64,000 bases of DNA from Eggerthellaceae bacterium. Lineage in GTDB: Bacteria > Actinomycetota > Coriobacteriia > Coriobacteriales > Eggerthellaceae. The translations under genes and the position numbers were made by a program. The first letter of the stretch is position 1, and every line of letters starts with the position of its first letter. This document shows, one piece after another, positions 57,960-64,000 of this stretch. The stretch spans positions 4,142 through 68,141 of the forward strand of contig JAUNGO010000002.1 of the NCBI GenBank assembly GCA_030524475.1, written 5' to 3'. Below the pieces are notes generated by a model that saw only the letters and a list, made by a program, of their open reading frames with translations, made no database searches and was not told the origin of the DNA.

Positions 57960-58166
57960 ATGCCGAACAGGAGTCATAACAAGCTCGACGCAACTACATT
58001 CTGCAAGTTGTACGATGATTTCGGCGAAGAAGCGGCCAGGGAAACGCTTGCTGATGTGAACGAAGGTCGCGTAAGCGCAGAAACTCTTGAGAAATACTTA
58101 TACGCAGACGAGTCTAAAGAAGAGTATTCCGCAAGGCTAAAAGACGAGTATTCAGATATCCGCTGA
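57960..58166 (+). CDS. Small acidic hypothetical protein
   Basis: RBS AGGAGAG; 68 aa; follows the operon. Confidence 0.6.
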   Translation: MPNRSHNKLDATTFCKLYDDFGEEAARETLADVNEGRVSAETLEKYLYADESKEEYSARLKDEYSDIR

Positions 58167-58342
58167 CTGAAATCAACCACAAAGTTAGCCAAACGGTCAC
58201 GCCACCTGATAATATCATTGGGCGTAATTAACATCAGAGCTCCCAAAACACTTGTGCAAGCTATCAACAGTGTAATGAACTCAGCTTTGCGATCAATCAA
58301 AATCGAATTTGGCTATTGATTATATGTTTCCACAATGCTCAC

Positions 58343-58783
58343 TTAATTGGAGGAGTCTTTACAATGCCATCTTTTATCTGCTAAAACTTGCCCACCGAGG
58401 GAACTTCCGTGCCTAAGCGCATCAGCCGCGACATCGTCCATCCAAGAATCTTTTTCCTCATAAAGGTTCTTGAGGTCAACAATACGATCCGCAGCATGTT
58501 CGCATTCTTCGTCAAGCAACTCATTTTCTTTCTTAAATCTCACATTGTCCTTCAACAAAACACCCGCAACTACCCCTAAGGCTATCAGTCCTGCGGTTTT
58601 AATCTTACCCTCATTGCGAATAATTGCTGTCTTAATTCGTTGGAGACGTGTCCCAGACGACTCAGGAGGCTTTTCCTCAATAGCAACGTCTTGATTGATT
58701 TTCACCCGCTCAACTTCATCAGGCTCTTTCAGCCCTGTCTCTTCAGTTTCAACCGAAGAGATTTTATTCTCAAAATCATTCAC
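58343..58783 (-). CDS. Hypothetical low-GC protein with one TM and a coiled coil
   Basis: RBS AGAGGG before GTG; hydrophobic stretch LIALGVVAGVLL; AT-rich. Confidence 0.6.
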   Translation of the reverse strand: MNDFENKISSVETEETGLKEPDEVERVKINQDVAIEEKPPESSGTRLQRIKTAIIRNEGKIKTAGLIALGVVAGVLLKDNVRFKKENELLDEECEHAADRIVDLKNLYEEKDSWMDDVAADALRHGSSLGGQVLADKRWHCKDSSN

Positions 58784-59198
58784 TTATATGCCCCTCTTTC
58801 CCGCTCCTTTTAGCGACATTATACGCCAAGCCCTAACCCCATCGACGAGGCGCTCGAAGGAGCGCACAGACATTAGCACTTTCAACGACAAACAAAACGA
58901 AGGCATCGCCGCAAAGCTCCTCCAAGCGAAAACACCCAGTGTGCTCCCCTTCCGGCAAAGCATCGACTCCATCAATACCCTGCACAACAAGCCGCACCGA
59001 ATCGCAGTTGACAAAGAGAATGTTTACTTTTTTGCGGCATGAGACCGCAAATTAATCGCTGGCATATCACACATTACCCAATGGCTCAAGCGACAGCGTA
59101 TATGGGTCGCTCTCTCCAAGCAATCGTGCTGTGGTGTACACTGACGTTTATGCCGCACAATGCAGCAAGGTGTGAATAACCTGAGAAAAGGGAACCCC

Positions 59199-59951
59199 AT
59201 GGGCGTATCGAAAACTTTGCTTCAAGCCGCCGCAGCAGCCGCCACTCCGCTCGTCCAAAAGGCAGCGGAAAAAGCGATCGAAAAGGCAAAAGACCCTGAG
59301 TTCAGAGACAAAGTTGCAAAGGCAGCCTGGGAGCACCGTGACCAGATCGAAGGTGCAGCCAAAGCGGCTGCCCCGGTAGCCCAGAAAGCTGTCGAGAAAG
59401 CCACGGACGCGGGAACAAAGGCGGCCGATTCCGCGAAGGGCGCTGCCAAGGTCGTGACCAAAAAGGCGCGCGAGGCCGCCGATTCCGCCAATGAGGCGAG
59501 ACAAGCCGCCGCAGAAAAACGCGCGCAAGAAAAGGAAGTCGCTGACGCGCGACAGCAGTTGTTGCAAGGCGCCACGGCACGCATGGCAGCCATCGACTTC
59601 GAGGCGCAATGGAGCGCAGCTGTCGACAACGCGAGCGACGAAGGTGCGACCGCCACACCCCTCAAAAGCCCTGGCTACTTCGCCATCGCAACCTACAAGG
59701 GGAAGCCGGGCAACAGTAAGCTCTACGACTATCGGGAAGTGTTCGTTGCGCGCTCGGAGGACATGGGGCAAAGCATCCACGATCATCTGCGCGGATACGG
59801 CAACCCCGACGTGTACGCCGACATGAAATACAAGCAGCCTATGCTCGTGTTCGCATTCCCCGACTTCGACCTCGAGGACGACAACGAGGAAACGCTGCGC
59901 CAATTCGTCCTCGCACTCGGCGCCAACGAGTCGTACAACGCACGTAAATGA
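59199..59951 (+). CDS. Ala/Lys-rich helical protein with a degenerate GIY-YIG-like C-terminus
   Basis: AKAA-rich N-terminal half; PGYFAI...VFVARS...IHDHL..GNPDVYAD...ESYN. Confidence 0.65.
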   Translation: MGVSKTLLQAAAAAATPLVQKAAEKAIEKAKDPEFRDKVAKAAWEHRDQIEGAAKAAAPVAQKAVEKATDAGTKAADSAKGAAKVVTKKAREAADSANEARQAAAEKRAQEKEVADARQQLLQGATARMAAIDFEAQWSAAVDNASDEGATATPLKSPGYFAIATYKGKPGNSKLYDYREVFVARSEDMGQSIHDHLRGYGNPDVYADMKYKQPMLVFAFPDFDLEDDNEETLRQFVLALGANESYNARK

Positions 59952-60013
59952 TTAAAGAGCCGGAAGCTGAAAGCCGACGCACTCTTTCTCAATCCAAAAG
60001 CTCAAGGGACTTA

Positions 60014-60084
60014 CTTCAAAGCCTTTGAAGCGATTTTGAAGTGGCGTTGAAGTAGACTTTGAAGTACTTCAATGTCTCCTTCAA
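60014..60084. repeat. Phased array of TTGAAG/CTTCAA hexamers
   Basis: TTGAAG at 60025, 60036, 60047 and 60059; CTTCAA at 60014, 60067 and 60079. Confidence 0.7.
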
Positions 60085-60144
60085 ACATGGTGCGACTTGG
60101 GTAGCATCTGCGGTTTTTGCGCTCGGGCTATCTGAACTCGCTGT

Positions 60145-62061
60145 TTAGGCGCGATCGACGTACATTTCGGCTATGTGACGCGTGATGTCGGCGCGATTGA
60201 CGATGCCGACCATGTCGTCGCCGTCCATGACAGGCGCCTTCTTCAAATGGCGCATCGCCAGCAAGACGCACACGTCGTCGAGGTCGTCGTCAACGCGCGC
60301 GGTCAGCACGTTGCGCGTGGCCAAGCGTCCGACGCTCATCGACGAGAGCGCCTCGCTCTTCGCCTTGAAGTCAGACCCCGTCGGGTCGGCGGCCACAGCG
60401 TAAAAGCCCACAAACGTCGGGTCTTGCTTCGCAAGCGCCCCCACGATGTCCCCGTCGTTGATAAAGCCGGTAAGCTTGCCCGCCTCGTTGACGACCGGTG
60501 CGCCGGAAATTCCCTTCTCGACGAACAGGCGCAGGGCGTCGAGCGCCGAGGCGCTCTCGGTCAGCGTGTAAACGTCGGTTTCCATGATGCGCGCGATTGT
60601 CATGCTGGGCGCATCGGCGTTTTCCGGCTCTTGCGCCGCACCGCGCACACGGCCCTTCAGCATCAACGAGCACGCAAGCCCCAGCCCGGCCAAGACAAGC
60701 GTGAAGACAAACCCCCAGTGAGAGCCTGCGGCGAAAGCGCTGACGCCGTCGACGCCGGCAGCAAGATTCGCCGCCTGCCCGCTCGTCAGAAGCAGCGTGG
60801 CAATTGCCGTGCACACGGCGCCGAGAACCTGCTGCAAGGTGTTCAGAACAGCGCTGCCGTCGCCGGAAAGCTCGGGCGGCAAAGACGAGAGCGCGTGCGT
60901 TTGGCACGGCGACATCGCAAGCGGCACGCCGACCATCATCACAACATGGCACGCCACCACATAGCCCAGCGGCGAGGCGGGCGTGGCGAACAGCAGCAAG
61001 ACGGCGGCTACGGCCGACAGTCCAAAGCCCACAAGCGCCGGCCCTTTGGCGCCAACGCGATCGTAGATTCTGCCGGAAATCAGGCTGACGACCGCGTTGA
61101 CGATGCCGCCCGGCAACATGACGATGCCCGTGAAAGCCACGGCAAGCAGCAGCGCGTTTTGGTAGAACTGCGGCAGAATATACATGGCGGAAAGCGTGAT
61201 GCCGAAGTTGAGCATCACGCACAGCGTACCAACAAGAAATCCGCGAATACGGAAAACACCCAGGTCAAGCACTGGGTTCTCCATGGCAAGCTGTCTTTTG
61301 GCATAAGCCGCCAGCGCCACAACGCCCACAACAAGCGAGCCCAAAGTGGGCACCGACAGCCAACCGCACAGGCTCGCCAAGCCCACGCCGAGCACAACGC
61401 CGCCGAAGCCGAGGCACGACGCCGCAACGGACGGCGCGTCGATGGCCGGCTTGGTTATCTCGTAGGGGCTCACGCCGAATTTCAGCACAAAAGGCACTCC
61501 CGCAAGCAGAATTGCCGCAAAGCTGAAGAAGATGAGCCGCCACGACATGAGCTCGATCAAAAGACCTGCGAGCGTAGGCCCAACCGCAGGCGCGACCATG
61601 ACGACGAGACCGCTGACGCCCATGGCGGCGCCAATCTTGTGCGGCGGAACAACCTCGAGCGTCATGGCAAACAAAAGCGGCAGTATAAGCCCCGTTCCAA
61701 CGCCTTGAACGGCGCGACCCGCAAGCGCAACCTCAAACCCCGGGGCGCAACCGCTCACAAAAGAACCGACGAAGAACGCGCCCAAGGCGAAAAGCGTTAT
61801 CCCGCGTGCGGGAAACCATTTCATCAGCAGGCTCGAGAAGGGCAGAACCAGGCCGATGACCAGCATATAGCCGATCACCAGCCATTGAGTCAGCGCGATG
61901 TCGATGCCGAAGGCGATCGACAGCTGGGGCAAGGCAATGTTGAGGGCAGTTTCGCTGTACATACCCGTAAAGCCGCCGAGGTAGAGCCCCATAAGGGCAA
62001 GATAGGGGTGGTCAACGCGCACGCGCGCGACAGGAAGGGTGGTTGGTTCGGTTTGCTTCAC
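60145..62061 (-). CDS. DHA2 (LmrB-like) MFS transporter fused to a CBS pair
   Basis: ETALNIALP, QWLVIGYML, GRAVQGVG and APAVGP motifs with 14 TMs; C-terminal ISGAPVV and KKAPVM...VGIVNRADI; GTG start after AGAAAGGA. Confidence 0.88.
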   Translation of the reverse strand: MKQTEPTTLPVARVRVDHPYLALMGLYLGGFTGMYSETALNIALPQLSIAFGIDIALTQWLVIGYMLVIGLVLPFSSLLMKWFPARGITLFALGAFFVGSFVSGCAPGFEVALAGRAVQGVGTGLILPLLFAMTLEVVPPHKIGAAMGVSGLVVMVAPAVGPTLAGLLIELMSWRLIFFSFAAILLAGVPFVLKFGVSPYEITKPAIDAPSVAASCLGFGGVVLGVGLASLCGWLSVPTLGSLVVGVVALAAYAKRQLAMENPVLDLGVFRIRGFLVGTLCVMLNFGITLSAMYILPQFYQNALLLAVAFTGIVMLPGGIVNAVVSLISGRIYDRVGAKGPALVGFGLSAVAAVLLLFATPASPLGYVVACHVVMMVGVPLAMSPCQTHALSSLPPELSGDGSAVLNTLQQVLGAVCTAIATLLLTSGQAANLAAGVDGVSAFAAGSHWGFVFTLVLAGLGLACSLMLKGRVRGAAQEPENADAPSMTIARIMETDVYTLTESASALDALRLFVEKGISGAPVVNEAGKLTGFINDGDIVGALAKQDPTFVGFYAVAADPTGSDFKAKSEALSSMSVGRLATRNVLTARVDDDLDDVCVLLAMRHLKKAPVMDGDDMVGIVNRADITRHIAEMYVDRA

Positions 62062-62087
62062 GTAAGCATCAATCCTTTCTTCGCAAC

Positions 62088-62126
62088 AAAAAAAAGAGCC
62101 ACCGTAGCTGCTCGCTACGATGGCTC
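62088..62126 (-). terminator. Intrinsic terminator 26 nt upstream of the MFS start (possible attenuator)
   Basis: Minus strand GAGCCATCGTAGC-gagca-GCTACGGTGGCTC-TTTTTTTT. Confidence 0.85.
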
Positions 62127-62266
62127 CTATGTCGGTGGAGTACACTTCACTGGCTGATGTGCAGAAGCTATTGAAGCACAACGACAGGATGCTTCGTAAG
62201 CATTTTTTTCAAAAGTTTCGGCGACGGGTGATGAACGCGGGGGCGCGCCTTCCCCTTCGCCTTCCC

Positions 62267-62938
62267 CTACCCTTCCGCGCGGTTTTTGCGCATGAGGGCG
62301 CGCTCGATGTCTTGGATGTTCGGCGGCGTCCACGTGAGCGCGTCGGCACCCGCCGCCAGCGTGGCAGCGGCCGTTTCCTCGGTCGGACCGCTGCTGGCGA
62401 TCACCGGCATGGACGGATACGCGTCGCGCACCTCGGCCAGCACGCGCGCCGTGTTGCGCCCCGCCGCCACGTTCACGATGCTCGCGCCCGCGGCAATTTG
62501 CGCGCGCGCCGCGTCGTTCATCTCGCACACCGTGAGCACCACGGGAATGTCGACATGGCTTGCGATCAGGCGAATCGTGTCAACCTTCGCCGTGGCGTTT
62601 AACACCACGCCCGCAACGCCGTGCATTTCCGCGTGCAGCGCCAGCTCGGCCGAGCGCTCGCCCGACGTCACGCCGCCGCCTACGCCCGCGAACACCGGAC
62701 GCTCGGCCGCGATCACGAGCGACTGCATGATGGTGGGCAAGCTGGCGAAGGGATACACCGCGAACACCGCGTCGGCGTCGCAGTGCCCGATAAGCGCCAC
62801 GTCGGTGGAGAACACGAGCGAGCGAATGAGACGCCCCGCCACCTCGACGCCCGGGCACGCGTGCAAAGCGCGCGGCACCGGCACCGCGATGTCGTGGTAG
62901 GTGAGGTCAACGTGCTTGGGCACAGCGTTACAGGGCAT
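62267..62938 (-). CDS. Uncharacterised TIM-barrel-like protein
   Basis: IRSLVFSTD...DADAVFAVYPF, GVGGGVTSG, PVIASSG and AGADALTWTPP motifs; RBS AGGAG. Confidence 0.75.
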   Translation of the reverse strand: MPCNAVPKHVDLTYHDIAVPVPRALHACPGVEVAGRLIRSLVFSTDVALIGHCDADAVFAVYPFASLPTIMQSLVIAAERPVFAGVGGGVTSGERSAELALHAEMHGVAGVVLNATAKVDTIRLIASHVDIPVVLTVCEMNDAARAQIAAGASIVNVAAGRNTARVLAEVRDAYPSMPVIASSGPTEETAAATLAAGADALTWTPPNIQDIERALMRKNRAEG

Positions 62939-62981
62939 CGGGACACTCCTGGCGATCGGTGAAATGGGCAACCGTGATATT

Positions 62982-64000
62982 CTACGAAAGCAGCCGGCGC
63001 TGGTAAAGACCGGCGTCGCTAAAACCAAGTTTCCGATAGTAGTTGCGCGTACCCACCGCACTGATCACGTTGATCGCGCGAAAACCCGCCGCCTGAGCTT
63101 GCGCGCACGCCTCCTCAACAAGCCGCCGCCCCAGCCCCGCGTGTTGCGCGCCGCCCGCTGCGCCCTTGTGCAGCCGCGCCACGCGGCCGTACACGTGCAC
63201 CTCGCGAATCATGGCGGCATCGCGAAGCTCGGAGGGAACGGGGGCGGTGTTGGGAGCGTCGGGCAGGTCGGACGCACACGCTGCGGCGTCTTCATGCGGA
63301 AGCGACAGGCGCAAAAAGCCCGCAATCTTCCCCTCGGGCGTTACCCACTGCAAGAAGCGCTCCTGCGTGTTGGACGTTTCGTAAACCACGTTCTCGAAAT
63401 CAAGCTGGTCGATCCGCACGTCGTCGGTGGAAATCTCGCGCTGGCGAATTTCCTCGACGCGCACGCCTTCGCGTTTCGCCTGTTCAGCAACGCGCGCCTC
63501 CACCAACTGCCGCAGGTTGGTTTTCTTGTTGCCCGCCATAATGTCCCTTGCGGAAATGTCGCGAATCATGCGCGATATGCGCGTGTAGGCGGGGGTTGCC
63601 AGCGTATCGGCCACGAGCACGTCCGCCAACTCGTCTTCGGAGTAGGGCGTCCACGCGCCCGCCTCGAAGCACTCACGCAAATGCGCGCTTTCCACCAAGC
63701 AGCACGGGTAGAGCTTCACCTCGTCGGGCAGGAAGCGCGCGTCTTCGACGAGCGTGCGGTAATCGGCTTTGTCGGAGTTCGGCGCGGCGCCCAGCAAGTT
63801 CGCCATAAAGTGAATGTGGATCTTGAAGCCGAACAGGCGCAGCAGCTCGAACGCGCGGGCGATCTGCGCGCGCGTGGTGTTGCGGTTGTTCGCGCGCATG
63901 ATGTCCTCGTCGAGGGTTTGGATGCCGATCTGCACCTTTGTGCAGCCCAGCCGCCGCATGAGCGTCAGGCTTTCCACGCTCACGAGGTCGGGCCGCGTCT
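62982..64000 (-). CDS. elp3: Elp3-family radical SAM/acetyltransferase, 5' part outside the window
   Basis: TRPD, KVQIGIQ, KLYPC, RISRMIRDI, GFLRL, IREVHVYG, QHAGLG and VISAVGTRNYYRKLG motifs. Confidence 0.9.
   Translation of the reverse strand, partial: TRPDLVSVESLTLMRRLGCTKVQIGIQTLDEDIMRANNRNTTRAQIARAFELLRLFGFKIHIHFMANLLGAAPNSDKADYRTLVEDARFLPDEVKLYPCCLVESAHLRECFEAGAWTPYSEDELADVLVADTLATPAYTRISRMIRDISARDIMAGNKKTNLRQLVEARVAEQAKREGVRVEEIRQREISTDDVRIDQLDFENVVYETSNTQERFLQWVTPEGKIAGFLRLSLPHEDAAACASDLPDAPNTAPVPSELRDAAMIREVHVYGRVARLHKGAAGGAQHAGLGRRLVEEACAQAQAAGFRAINVISAVGTRNYYRKLGFSDAGLYQRRLLS

Noticed and set aside
57974-58300. 108-aa minus-strand ORF with a hydrophobic N-terminus
   Set aside because: It has a TTG start with no RBS and overlaps the better-supported 57960-58166 gene. 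It may be a gene remnant, but that is unsupported.
50170-59000. Prophage or ICE call for the lower-GC cluster
   Set aside because: No integrase, relaxase, structural genes, tRNA target or flanking direct repeats are visible.
62127-62145. Guanidine-IV or PyrR assignment for the MFS leader
   Set aside because: TACTCCACCG and the neighbouring CCAGTGA resemble only parts of those motifs, and the remaining conserved elements were not found.

Overview
High-GC chromosomal window, most likely from a gut Coriobacteriia (Eggerthellaceae-like) bacterium. The taxonomy is inferred from gene content and composition. No rRNA, tRNA, CRISPR array, integrase or IS transposase was recognised. Contents from left to right: (1) a CydDC-like fused ABC transporter, an Fe-S aldo/keto reductase, a ThrE exporter, a cystine symporter and a TetR regulator; (2) two tandem DUF262 (GmrS-like) genes with no nuclease domain; (3) an amino-acid-binding lipoprotein beside a 1085-aa MscS channel with two extracellular Cache-like modules; (4) a CPA2 antiporter, an orphan HipA-like kinase and a 2-hydroxyacid dehydrogenase; (5) a ~15 kb formate hydrogenlyase locus with selenocysteine FdhF, a group-4 [NiFe] hydrogenase (hyfABCEFGHI), hycH, hycI, an FNT channel and fdhD; (6) a divergent RelB/DinJ gene fused to a degenerate PIN domain; (7) two pairs of duplicated surface proteins (glycine-rich repeat proteins and sortase-anchored C1 peptidases); (8) yhcG with a LexA-like box, then thrH; (9) a lower-GC cluster of XRE regulators, a Ser/Thr kinase, lipoproteins, Zn-ribbon, SPFH and GYF genes, with a repeated palindromic promoter element; (10) an MFS-CBS fusion behind an attenuator-like leader, and a partial elp3. 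Two families of REP-like intergenic repeats recur. The best candidates for undescribed systems are the binding protein plus Cache-MscS pair, the kinase/SPFH/GYF cluster, the nuclease-less DUF262 pair and the RelB-PIN fusion. All family assignments come from recognising motifs by eye, not from database searches.
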